Part shown: piece after piece, positions 10,263-19,042 of the stretch | Numbering within the stretch: position 1 is the first letter of the stretch | Layout of the letters: every line of letters starts with the position of its first letter | NCBI GenBank assembly: GCA_036149055.1 | Contig: JAYZQJ010000038.1 | Location: forward strand, 12,343-76,342 | Direction: 5' to 3' | DNA length: 64,000 nucleotides | Source of the DNA: Myxococcota bacterium | Lineage (GTDB): Bacteria; Myxococcota_A; Polyangia; Polyangiales; Sandaracinaceae | Notes under the pieces: model-generated | Seen by the model: only the letters and a program-made list of their open reading frames with translations | The model's database searches: none | What the model was told of the DNA's origin: nothing | Program-made: the position numbers and the translations under genes

Positions 10263-12944
10263 ATGCGCTCCGCGCTGACCGCGCTGCTCCTCCTCGCGCT
10301 CGCCGCCCCGGCGTCCGCGCAGGACGCGGGTGTGCCCGCCGCTCCGGCCGACGAGGCGCCGCCCGAGCCTCCGCCGGACGCGCCCGAAGACGAGGCCCCC
10401 GAGGCCGAGCCGGCGCCGCCCGAGCCGCCGCCGCCGAGGATGGTGCCGCCCCGCATCGTGCGCTCGTCGCCCCCCGAGTACCCGGAGAGCCGGCTCGGCG
10501 AGCACCTGCACCCGAGCGTGGTCCTCATCGTCACCCTGGACCCGAGCGGCCAGGTGGTCGACGCCGAGGTGGAGCACTCCGCCGACCCCGACTTCGACGC
10601 GGCCGCGCAGGCGGCGGTACGGACCTGGGAGTTCGCGGCGGCGCAGCGCGAGGGGCAGCCGATCGCGTCGCGGGTGCGGGTGGCGGTGCACTTCGAGCTG
10701 CCGGCGTTCGACCTCGCCACCGGCGCCGAGCCGGTCGAGGGCGGCGCGGTGGTCGAGCCGGTCGAGGTGCTGCCCGATCATCCCCAGCCGCAGCCCGAGA
10801 CCGAGGTCGAGCCGGTGGAGGAGGCGGAAGAAGCGCCCGAGCCGGCCGAGGAGCTGGGGGTGACCGCGGCCATCGAGCACGAGGTCCGCGACGAGGACCG
10901 AGGCGCGAGCAGCTTCGAGATCGACCGCGACGTGCTCGCGTCCGCGCCGCGGCAGGAGGGCGCCGATCTCCTCCTCAGCGTGCCCGGGGTCTTCGCCGCG
11001 CGCGCCGAAGGCATGGCCGTCGGCCACCGGATCAACCTGCGCGGCTTCGACGCCGAGCACGGCCAGGACATCGAGCTCTCGGTCGGGGGGCTGCCCATCA
11101 ACCTCCCGTCGCACGTGCACGGGCAGGGCTACGCCGACCTCGGCCTCCTGATCCCCGAGGCGGTCCGCCGGGTGCGCGCGACCGAGGGCGTCTACGACCC
11201 GCGGCAGGGGGACTTCGCGGTCGCCGGCAGCATCGCCTTCGACCTCGGCGTGCCCGAGGACGAGCGCGGCTTCCGCGTGCAGTCGGGCTACGGCCTCTAC
11301 GACACCTTCGAGCAGCTGGTGCTCTGGGCGCCCGAGGGCGAGCGCGAGGAGACCTTCGGCGCCGTGCAGTACCGGCGGACCGGCGGCTACGGCCAGCGCC
11401 GCCAGGGCGACGCGATCAGCGCGATCGTGCAGGCCGGCGCCCGCAGCGGCGACTGGCGCCTGCGGGGGCTCGGCATCCTCTACGGCGCCCGCGCGAACCT
11501 CGCCGGCGTGATCCGGGTCGACGACCTCGAGGCCGAGCGGATCGGCTACTACGACGCCTACGGGCTCCCGACCGCCCAGTCGCAGAGCGCCACCAGCGGC
11601 CGCTTCCTCGCGGGCTTCTTCGCCGACCACCGCTCGGACACCGGCGCGGGCGGCGGCGTGGGCCTCTGGATCGGCGGCGATCTCTTCCGGGTCCAGGAGA
11701 ACTTCACCGGCTTCACCCGCCGCTCGCGCAGCGTCTTCACCCCGACCGGGCGAGGCGTCGCCGGCCGCGGCGACCTGATCGAGCAGCGCAACCGCACGAT
11801 GTCCGCCGGGCTGAATGGCCGCTTCCGCACCGCCGCCTGGACGCCCTGGGACTGGGCCTCGGCGCGCCTCGAGCTCGGCCTCGACGGCCGGGTGGACTTC
11901 GTCGAGCAAGCGCAGAACCTCCTCGACGCCGAGCAGAACCGCACCTGGGACGAGCTGATCGACGCCGACGTCTTCGCGGCCAACACCGCGCTCTGGGGCG
12001 ACGTCGAGCTGCAGCTCACCGATCTGGTGACCGTGCACGCCGGCGCCAGGGCCGCGCTGGTCGTCTACGAGATCGACGATCGCCTCGGCAACTTCATCGA
12101 GGCCGAGCGGCGCGAGAGCTTCCTCGTCGGCTACCGGCGGAGCGCGGGCGGCGTCACCGCCGGGCCGCGGGCGAGCGTCGAGGTGAAGCCGCTCGAGATC
12201 CTCGCCTTCCGCGCCGCCTACGGCCACGGCTACCGCTCGCCTCAGGCGCGCACCCTGGCCGACGGCGAGACCGCCCCCTTCACCGAGGTCCGCTCGGCCG
12301 ACCTCGGCGCGGTGCTCGAGCTCGATCGCGCGCTCCGGGTCCAGGTCGCGGGCTTCTGGACCGAGCTGTCGGACGACATCGCCTTCGAGCCGCGGGAGGG
12401 GCGCCTCGAGCGCATCGGGGCCACCCGCCGGATCGGGGCGGTGCTCCACGCGCAGGCCCGCCCGCTCGACTGGCTGATCGGCGCGCTCAGCGTGACCTAC
12501 GTCGACGCCGAGCTGCTCGAGCCGCCGCCCGGCACCGCCAGCGACCCGCAGCCCGCGTTCGAGCCGGGACAGAACCTCCCCTACGTGCCGCCGGTCGTGA
12601 TCCGCGCCGACCTCGGCGCCCGCGGCACCCTGGTCGACGACGTGCTCGGTCAGAAGCTCCGCGGCCACGTCGGCGCCGGCTACTCGTTCCTCTCGCCGCG
12701 CCCGCTGCCGTTCGGCGGCTTCGCCGATCCGGTCAGCCTCTTCGACGCGAGCGCCGGCCTCGGCTGGGGCCCGGTCGACCTCGACGTCTCGTTCTTCAAC
12801 CTCTTCGACGTGCGCTACGCGGCGTCGGAGTTCGTCTTCGCGTCGAGCTGGGACCCCGACGCGATCCCGAGCCGGGTGCCGGCCCGCCACCTCGCGGCCG
12901 GCTCTCCCTTCACCTTCATGGTCACCCTGGGGATCTCGCCGTGA
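10263..12944 (+). CDS. TonB-dependent receptor fused to an N-terminal TonB C-terminal domain (probable metal uptake)
   Basis: Signal MRSALTALLLLALAAPASA; Pro-rich linker; TonB_C-like PPEYPE..VVLIVTLD..AVRTWEF; plug INLRGFDAEHGQD..SHVHGQGYAD; barrel motif FFNLFD. Confidence 0.88.
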   Translation: MRSALTALLLLALAAPASAQDAGVPAAPADEAPPEPPPDAPEDEAPEAEPAPPEPPPPRMVPPRIVRSSPPEYPESRLGEHLHPSVVLIVTLDPSGQVVDAEVEHSADPDFDAAAQAAVRTWEFAAAQREGQPIASRVRVAVHFELPAFDLATGAEPVEGGAVVEPVEVLPDHPQPQPETEVEPVEEAEEAPEPAEELGVTAAIEHEVRDEDRGASSFEIDRDVLASAPRQEGADLLLSVPGVFAARAEGMAVGHRINLRGFDAEHGQDIELSVGGLPINLPSHVHGQGYADLGLLIPEAVRRVRATEGVYDPRQGDFAVAGSIAFDLGVPEDERGFRVQSGYGLYDTFEQLVLWAPEGEREETFGAVQYRRTGGYGQRRQGDAISAIVQAGARSGDWRLRGLGILYGARANLAGVIRVDDLEAERIGYYDAYGLPTAQSQSATSGRFLAGFFADHRSDTGAGGGVGLWIGGDLFRVQENFTGFTRRSRSVFTPTGRGVAGRGDLIEQRNRTMSAGLNGRFRTAAWTPWDWASARLELGLDGRVDFVEQAQNLLDAEQNRTWDELIDADVFAANTALWGDVELQLTDLVTVHAGARAALVVYEIDDRLGNFIEAERRESFLVGYRRSAGGVTAGPRASVEVKPLEILAFRAAYGHGYRSPQARTLADGETAPFTEVRSADLGAVLELDRALRVQVAGFWTELSDDIAFEPREGRLERIGATRRIGAVLHAQARPLDWLIGALSVTYVDAELLEPPPGTASDPQPAFEPGQNLPYVPPVVIRADLGARGTLVDDVLGQKLRGHVGAGYSFLSPRPLPFGGFADPVSLFDASAGLGWGPVDLDVSFFNLFDVRYAASEFVFASSWDPDAIPSRVPARHLAAGSPFTFMVTLGISP

Positions 12945-13792
12945 AGCGCGCCCTTCTCGCTCTGCTGCTGACCGGCTGCATCGACACCAGCATCGAGGCG
13001 ACCACCGTGTCGCTCTCGGTGGCCGGCACCGACGCGCCCGCCTTCGAGGACCGCGCCGGCCACCCGGTGACGCTGACCCGCGCCGACCTCGCCTTCGGCC
13101 CGCTCTATCTCTGCCCCGGCAACCAGGCGGGCGAGCTCTGCGAGGAGGCGCTCGCCGAGCACACCGACGCGGTGGTGGTGGACGCCCTCGACCCCGATCC
13201 GGTCTCGGTGGGAGAGATGCCGGCGATCACCGGGACCGCCCGCTCGTTCATGTACGACCTCGGCATCGCGTCGCTCCTCGGGCGCGACGCCCCCTTGGTG
13301 ACCGAGGCCGCCCGATCGCTCGGCGACGTGTCGACCGTGGTCGAGGGGCAGGTCGAGGTGGCGGGGCAGACCGTGCCCTTCGAGATCGCGGTGCCGATCG
13401 CCGCCGGCCCGATGACCGAGGGCGGCGTGCCGGTGGTCCGGAGCGGCACCGCCGACGCCTTCGTTCTCGAGATCCTGCCCGACGGCGCCTCGTCCCTCAC
13501 CGTGCGCTTCGACCCGCGGGCCTGGCTCCGGAGCGCCGACTTCGGGAGCCTGGTCGAGGACGAAGCCTGCGCGCCCGGACTGCCCCTCGCCTGCGCCGGC
13601 GCGGTCGAGCAGACCTGCTCGGGCGACGGCTCGGTGGCGGCGACCCGCGACTGCGCGGCGCTCGGGGAGGTCTGCCTCGCCGGCGTCGGTTGCGCCGAGC
13701 GCGTGACCCTCGACGCGAGCACCCAGCCCGGCCGCGCGCTGGTGAACGGGGTCAGCGCCGGGACACGCCCCGCCTTCGAGGGCCTACCGTGA
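12941..13792 (+). CDS. Putative lipoprotein partner of the TonB-dependent receptor, with a Cys-rich C-terminal part
   Basis: Lipobox MKRALLALLLTGC; 4-bp GTGA overlap with the receptor stop codon. Confidence 0.75.
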   Translation: MKRALLALLLTGCIDTSIEATTVSLSVAGTDAPAFEDRAGHPVTLTRADLAFGPLYLCPGNQAGELCEEALAEHTDAVVVDALDPDPVSVGEMPAITGTARSFMYDLGIASLLGRDAPLVTEAARSLGDVSTVVEGQVEVAGQTVPFEIAVPIAAGPMTEGGVPVVRSGTADAFVLEILPDGASSLTVRFDPRAWLRSADFGSLVEDEACAPGLPLACAGAVEQTCSGDGSVAATRDCAALGEVCLAGVGCAERVTLDASTQPGRALVNGVSAGTRPAFEGLP

Positions 13793-13794
13793 GG

Positions 13795-14232
13795 TCAATC
13801 GCAGGCGTTGCAGAGGCCGCGGACCTGGATCTCGACCTTCTTCTGGGCGAGCGACTTCGGCGCGCCACGCTTGGCCTTCACCGCGATCGCGTCGTCGGGG
13901 AGGCAGCTGACGTCGCCGCACTCCTGGCAGACGAAGTGAGGGTGCGCGGTCGGGTCGTGGGCCTCGCTCCCGGCGATCTCGAAGCGCCAGAGGTGGTCGC
14001 CGAAGTCGCTGCGGTGGGCCAGGCCGGCGTTGGTCAGGTCGACCAGGTTGCGGTAGATGGTCGCTCGGTCGTAGCCATGGCTCTCGAGCCGCTCGCACAC
14101 GTCGCCGTGGGCGAGCGGGCCCTCGGCGTCCTGCAGGCAGGCGAGCACCAGCGCGCGGCTGGTGGTGGCGCGCAACCCGCCCTCACGCAGCGCTCGCTTC
14201 AGCTCTTCTTTGCGCTCCCCGAGATTTGCCAT
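13795..14232 (-). CDS. Fur-family metal-sensing transcriptional regulator (Zur-like)
   Basis: LRATTSR, ATIYRNL, HPHFVCQECG and GLCNAC (two CxxC) motifs; lies among metal transport genes. Confidence 0.9.
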   Translation of the reverse strand: MANLGERKEELKRALREGGLRATTSRALVLACLQDAEGPLAHGDVCERLESHGYDRATIYRNLVDLTNAGLAHRSDFGDHLWRFEIAGSEAHDPTAHPHFVCQECGDVSCLPDDAIAVKAKRGAPKSLAQKKVEIQVRGLCNACD

Positions 14233-14271
14233 CGCTCGACTCTCCCAGATCCGGCGTCAGTATAGAACAGT

Positions 14272-14286
14272 CGTAATCGGATTGCA
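14272..14286. promoter_or_regulatory. Candidate Fur-family operator in the divergent fur/permease promoter
   Basis: CGTAATCGGATTGCA is an imperfect palindrome resembling the site at 10218. Confidence 0.45.
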
Positions 14287-14307
14287 GACAGCGGCGAGCC
14301 TTTTCTC

Positions 14308-16110
14308 ATGTGGATACCCGTCACCATCGCGGTGCTCTCCTGCGCCGTCGGCGCGGCCCTCGGGCTGGGTGGGCGGCGTGACCACACCCGGGTGCTGGCG
14401 ACCTTCGCGGTGGTGGCGGCCCTGGCGATCGCCCTCGGCCAGCTGCTCCCGGACGCGCTGGCCGGGGTGGGCATCCTCGCCCTCCTGGTCTTCGCCGGCG
14501 CGGCCGTGGCGCCCGGGCTGCTCGAGAAGGGCGTCGCCCGCATCATGGGCCGGGAGCGCAGCCACCGGCTCGGGCTCGAGCTGGGCTACTGGGCGCTCTT
14601 CGTGCACCGGGTCGGGGACGGAATCGGCCTCGGCATCTACGGCGGCCACGAGCACGCCGGTCACAACCACGCCGACATCCTGATCGCGATCGCGGCCCAC
14701 TCCGTACCGCTGGTCGCCTTCATGACGCTGGCCTTCGTCCGCCAGGACGGGCCGGCGGCCGCGATCTGGCGGGTGGCCGGCCTGGCGCTCGCCTCGGTGA
14801 TCGGCATCGGCGTCCCCGCGGTGGTGCCCCACGCCCTCTTCGAGGCGGCGGAGCCCTGGATCACCGCCGGCGTGGCCGGGCTCCTCATCCATGTCGTCGC
14901 CCACGACTGGGCGCCCATCCGTCAGCCCGGCGGCTGGGGCACCCGGATCGCCGACCTCCTCGTCGCCGGGGGCGCGCTCAGCCTCTTCTTCTTCAGCGGG
15001 CACGACCACCACGGGGGCAGCGAGGTGCGCGGCCGCATCGGCGACGCGCTCGTCGATCTCTCGCTCGACACCGCCCCGGCCCTCGCGATCGGCCTCGCGC
15101 TCGGCGCGGTGCTCACCGCGTTCGGCGCGCGCCTCCCCACCGACTGGCTCCGCCGCGGCGGGGCGCTCTCGCAGGCCACCCGCGGGGCGGTGGTCGGCGC
15201 GCCCCTCCCGATCTGCGCGTGTGGCGTCCTGCCCCTGGCCGACACGCTGCGCCGCCGGGGCGCCGGGCCCGCGCTGGTGGTCGCCTTCCTCCTGGCCACC
15301 CCCGAGCTCGGCATCGAGACCTTCGCGCTGACCACCTCGTTCATCGGCTGGCCGTTCGCGATCGTCCGGCTGGTGGCCGCGGTCGGCCTCGCGGTCTTCG
15401 CGGCGCTGGTGATGCACCGGGCCACGAAGCCGAGCCACGCGCACGCCCACGCCCACGGCGAAGAGGAGGCCGCTCCCGAGGGGAGCTACTTCGGCCGCTG
15501 GCTCCACGCCTTCGACGAGCTGCTCTTCCACGTCGCCCCCTGGACGGTCGTGGGCCTCGTCGCCGCCGCCTACATCCAGGCGGTCCTTCCCGAGGACGCG
15601 ATGCAGGGGCTGTCCACCGGCGGCCTCGACATGCTCATCGTCACCCTCGTGGCCGTGCCCAGCTACATCTGCGCCGCCTCGGCCACCCCGCTCGCGGCGG
15701 TGCTCCTGGCCAAGGGCATGAGCCCCGGCGCCGTGCTGGTCGGCCTCCTCCTCGGCCCGGCCACCAACCTCGCCACCGTCGGCTTCCTGCGGCAGCGCTA
15801 CGGCGGTCGCGCCACCTTCTTCGGCCTCGGCGCGGCGGTCCTCTTCGCCTGGGGCGCCGGCGCGCTGGTCAACGCGGCCGACCTCCCGGTCACCCCCCTG
15901 GAGGAGGCCGCGGCCGCGCACGTGCACGGCCCGGTGGCGATCGGCTGCGCGATCCTGCTCGGGCTCGCCATGACCCGCAGCATCTGGCTGGTCGGCCTAC
16001 GCTCCTGGCTCTCGACCCTCGGTGAGGGCTTCGGTGGCCACTCTCACGACCACTCGCACGACCACGTGCACCATCACCACCACCATCACGACGACCACTG
16101 CTGCGGTTGA
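14308..16110 (+). CDS. DUF318/ArsP-family permease with an extra N-terminal membrane region and a His-rich tail
   Basis: PLPICACGVLP and PSYICAASATP repeat motifs; many TM segments; His-rich loops; C-terminus HSHDHSHDHVHHHHHHHDDHCCG. Confidence 0.85.
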   Translation: MWIPVTIAVLSCAVGAALGLGGRRDHTRVLATFAVVAALAIALGQLLPDALAGVGILALLVFAGAAVAPGLLEKGVARIMGRERSHRLGLELGYWALFVHRVGDGIGLGIYGGHEHAGHNHADILIAIAAHSVPLVAFMTLAFVRQDGPAAAIWRVAGLALASVIGIGVPAVVPHALFEAAEPWITAGVAGLLIHVVAHDWAPIRQPGGWGTRIADLLVAGGALSLFFFSGHDHHGGSEVRGRIGDALVDLSLDTAPALAIGLALGAVLTAFGARLPTDWLRRGGALSQATRGAVVGAPLPICACGVLPLADTLRRRGAGPALVVAFLLATPELGIETFALTTSFIGWPFAIVRLVAAVGLAVFAALVMHRATKPSHAHAHAHGEEEAAPEGSYFGRWLHAFDELLFHVAPWTVVGLVAAAYIQAVLPEDAMQGLSTGGLDMLIVTLVAVPSYICAASATPLAAVLLAKGMSPGAVLVGLLLGPATNLATVGFLRQRYGGRATFFGLGAAVLFAWGAGALVNAADLPVTPLEEAAAAHVHGPVAIGCAILLGLAMTRSIWLVGLRSWLSTLGEGFGGHSHDHSHDHVHHHHHHHDDHCCG

Positions 16111-16140
16111 GCCCCGCCCCGGCGGGCCTACCCCGCGAGC

Positions 16141-17349
16141 GTGCAGTCGTTCCTGGAGAGCTGGGCCGAGGCGGCCTACACCGCCGTAGGTCTCTTCTGG
16201 ATGGCCTTCTGGGCGTTCGGCCTCGGCTACCTCATCAGCAGCATGATTCAGGTGTTCGTCACCCGCGCGCGCATGAAGCGCTCGATGGGCGACTCGGGTC
16301 CCAAGAGCGTCGCGCTCGGCACGTTCTTCGGCTTCATCTCGAGCTCGTGCTCGTTCGCGGCGCTGTCCACGACACGCGCGCTGTTCTCCAAGGGCGCGGG
16401 CCTCGTCCCGGCGCTCGCCTTCATGCTCGCGTCCACGAACCTGGTGGTCGAGCTCGGCATCGTGATCGCCATCTTCCTGGGGTGGCAGTTCGTGGTCGGG
16501 GAGTACGTGGGCGGGGTCCTGCTGATCCTGCTCACGTGGTTGATCGTGAAGCTGACCGCTTCGACCGCCCTCGTCGACGAGGCGAGATCGCACGCCGAGG
16601 ACCAAGAGGGCGCCGCCGATGAGAGCGAGGACCCGCCCGACTGGAAGGAGCGGGTCACGAGCCGAGACGGCTGGCGGGAGGTCGCCGAGACCTACGTCGC
16701 CGAGTGGAAGATGGTCTGGAAGGACGTCACCGTCGGCTTCACCGTAGCGGGCGCCATCGCCGCCTTCGTGCCCTCGACCTTCTTCGAGACGCTGTTCGTG
16801 GGCGCGGGCTCGCGCGAGCCTCGGGTCTGGGAGGTCATCGCCCAGAGCGTCGTCGGTCCGGTCGCGGCGTTCTTCACGTTCATCGGATCGATGGGGAACA
16901 TCCCGCTGGCGGCCGTGCTCTTCGGTCACGGGGTCAGCTTCGCCGGGGTCATGGCGTTCATCTTCAGCGACCTGGTCGTGCTCCCCGTGCTGCGGATCCA
17001 GGCCAAGTACTACGGCTGGAAGATGGCCCTCTACCTGATGGCCGTGCTCCTCGCCGTGCTGGTGACGAGCGCCGTCCTCCTCCACTACGGCTTCGACTTG
17101 GCGGGCGCGTTGCCCGATCCCACGAGCGTGAGGAGCGTCACCGATCGCGACCACTTCTCCATCGACTACGGGTTCTTCCTGAACCTCGCGTTCCTCGGGC
17201 TGAGCGCGGTCTTCCTCGGTTGGAAGTGGAAGGCCTCCGGCGCACCTCGGCGCAACGTCGGCTCGCCGACGGAGAGGGCCCTGTTCTGGATGTCGATGAC
17301 CGCGTACCTCTGGCTGGCCGGCGGACTCGTCGTCCGCTCCGCGCTGTAA
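16141..17349 (+). CDS. DUF318/ArsP-family permease
   Basis: SSSCSFAA, FMLASTNLVVELG and FIGSMGNIPLAAVL motifs; multi-pass membrane protein. Confidence 0.82.
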   Translation: MQSFLESWAEAAYTAVGLFWMAFWAFGLGYLISSMIQVFVTRARMKRSMGDSGPKSVALGTFFGFISSSCSFAALSTTRALFSKGAGLVPALAFMLASTNLVVELGIVIAIFLGWQFVVGEYVGGVLLILLTWLIVKLTASTALVDEARSHAEDQEGAADESEDPPDWKERVTSRDGWREVAETYVAEWKMVWKDVTVGFTVAGAIAAFVPSTFFETLFVGAGSREPRVWEVIAQSVVGPVAAFFTFIGSMGNIPLAAVLFGHGVSFAGVMAFIFSDLVVLPVLRIQAKYYGWKMALYLMAVLLAVLVTSAVLLHYGFDLAGALPDPTSVRSVTDRDHFSIDYGFFLNLAFLGLSAVFLGWKWKASGAPRRNVGSPTERALFWMSMTAYLWLAGGLVVRSAL

Positions 17350-17370
17350 TGATGCCGCATCGCGTGCGTC
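17346..17370 (+). promoter_or_regulatory. ECF-sigma-type promoter GTAA-N17-CGTC upstream of the His-rich lipoprotein/TolC/MCO operon
   Basis: GTAAtgatgccgcatcgcgtgCGTC; the same motif and spacing occur at 24480, 26802 and 27809(-). Confidence 0.7.
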
Positions 17371-17405
17371 CTTCGGGCGCGTAGATGGAGCGAAAGGGAG
17401 TGCAC

Positions 17406-17651
17406 ATGAGATGGCTGTGGCTCGCGATGGTCCTCGGGTGCGCGTCGCCCGATCCCGGATGGACCGGGACCTCACCCACCCACGCGGGCGCGGAGGCGGC
17501 GCCGCTGCCGCCGGTCGCGCGCGCCCTCCGCGAGGACCCCGCGCCGCCCCCCGAGGCCTCGCCGGACGAGGACGCGCACCATCACCACGGCCACGGCCAT
17601 GGCCAGGGCGACGCGTCGACCGAGGGCGGAGGGCACGACCATGCGCGCTGA
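17406..17651 (+). CDS. Small His-rich putative lipoprotein (metal-binding)
   Basis: RBS AAAGGGAG; MRWLWLAMVLGC lipobox; HHHHGHGH..HDH tail; overlaps the TolC start. Confidence 0.65.
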   Translation: MRWLWLAMVLGCASPDPGWTGTSPTHAGAEAAPLPPVARALREDPAPPPEASPDEDAHHHHGHGHGQGDASTEGGGHDHAR

Positions 17652-19041
17652 GCTCACGGCCGCGCTCGCGCTCCTCACCGTCGGCTGCGTGTCCAGCGGC
17701 GCCGGGCACGCCGGCGTGCGCCGCACCGTGCGCGACCGCATCGGACGGGAGGTCGTCTTCCACCACCCGGCCGATGTGGGGTCCACCCGCCCGCGCGTGG
17801 AGGCCCGCCTGGCGCGGCCGCTCGACGCGGAGGCCGCCGTGGAGATCGCGCTCATGCAGAGCGCCGACCTCCAGGCCTCGCTCGAGCGGCTGGACGTCGC
17901 GCTCGCCGACGTCCTGCGAGCCACCCTGATCGCGAACCCCGACGTCGAGCTCGAGGCGACCTTCGCGGTCGAGGGGAACGCGGACCCGGATCTCATGGGC
18001 TCCTTCATGTTCGATCTCGCCGACGCCATGCGCATGCCGCTGAGGCGCGCGGTCGCGGACGCGGAGCTCTCGGCGGCGCGCGCGGAGGCGGCGCGGGCGG
18101 TGCTCGACCTGGCCTTCGAGGTGCGCGTGGCCTTCTATCGCCACCAGTCCGACCTCCAGCTCGTGGAGCTCTTCCAGCAGGTGGTCGAGACGCTCCGGGC
18201 GAGCTGGGAGGCGGCCGAGGCGCTGCGCGAGGCGGGCAACGTCGCCCGCCTCGACGTCGTCCAGCAGCGCGCGCTCTACGAGGAGGCGAGGGTGGCCCTG
18301 GCGCAGGCCGAGCTGGCGGCGCTGCAGAGCCGGGAGCGCCTTCAGGTCCTGATGGGCTTGAGCGGAGAGGCGACCACCTGGGAGGTCGCGGGCCGGCTCG
18401 GCGAGCTGGCCGCCGAAGACCCGTCGCTGGAGCAGCTCGAGCGCACGGCCATCGACCGCAGCCTGGACCTCGAGCAGCGGCGACATCGGCTCGAGGCGCT
18501 GGCGCGACGGGTCGGGCTCGCGCGCCTCGAGGGCGTCATCCCCGCGCTGCACGTCGGCGTGACCGCGGAGCGCGAGGAGGGCGAGTGGTCGGTGGGCCCG
18601 ATGGTGGAGATGCAGCTCCCGCTCTTCCACCAGGGGCAGGGCGACATCGACCGCGTGTCGGCCGAGCTCCGGGTGGAGCAGCACCGGTACGTGGCGGGCG
18701 CGGTCACGACGCGCTCGATGGTGCGGCGCGCACGCAACGCCTACCTCAACGCGCGCGAGCGGGCCCACTTCTACCGCGAGACCCTGCTGCCGCTCCGGGA
18801 GGAGGTGCTGCAGCAGAGCCTCGTCCAGTACAACGCGATGAACCTCGGGGTCTTCGAGCTGCTCACCGCGCGCCGCACGCTCATCGACACGGCGCGGCAG
18901 TACGTGGAGTCGCTGAGAGACTACTGGGTGAGCCGCGCGGTGCTCGAGCAGGTGCTCGCGGGCGGCCGCCCGGAGGACATGGGCGCGCCCGCGATCCCGA
19001 TGATGACCGCTTCGCCTCGCGGCGACGATGGAGGGCACTGA
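17641..19041 (+). CDS. TolC-family outer membrane efflux protein (copper-resistance associated)
   Basis: Lipobox MRAELTAALALLTVGC; OEP repeats (LPLFHQGQG, YNAMNLGVFELL); immediately upstream of a copper oxidase. Confidence 0.87.
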   Translation: MRAELTAALALLTVGCVSSGAGHAGVRRTVRDRIGREVVFHHPADVGSTRPRVEARLARPLDAEAAVEIALMQSADLQASLERLDVALADVLRATLIANPDVELEATFAVEGNADPDLMGSFMFDLADAMRMPLRRAVADAELSAARAEAARAVLDLAFEVRVAFYRHQSDLQLVELFQQVVETLRASWEAAEALREAGNVARLDVVQQRALYEEARVALAQAELAALQSRERLQVLMGLSGEATTWEVAGRLGELAAEDPSLEQLERTAIDRSLDLEQRRHRLEALARRVGLARLEGVIPALHVGVTAEREEGEWSVGPMVEMQLPLFHQGQGDIDRVSAELRVEQHRYVAGAVTTRSMVRRARNAYLNARERAHFYRETLLPLREEVLQQSLVQYNAMNLGVFELLTARRTLIDTARQYVESLRDYWVSRAVLEQVLAGGRPEDMGAPAIPMMTASPRGDDGGH

Positions 19042-19042
19042 G

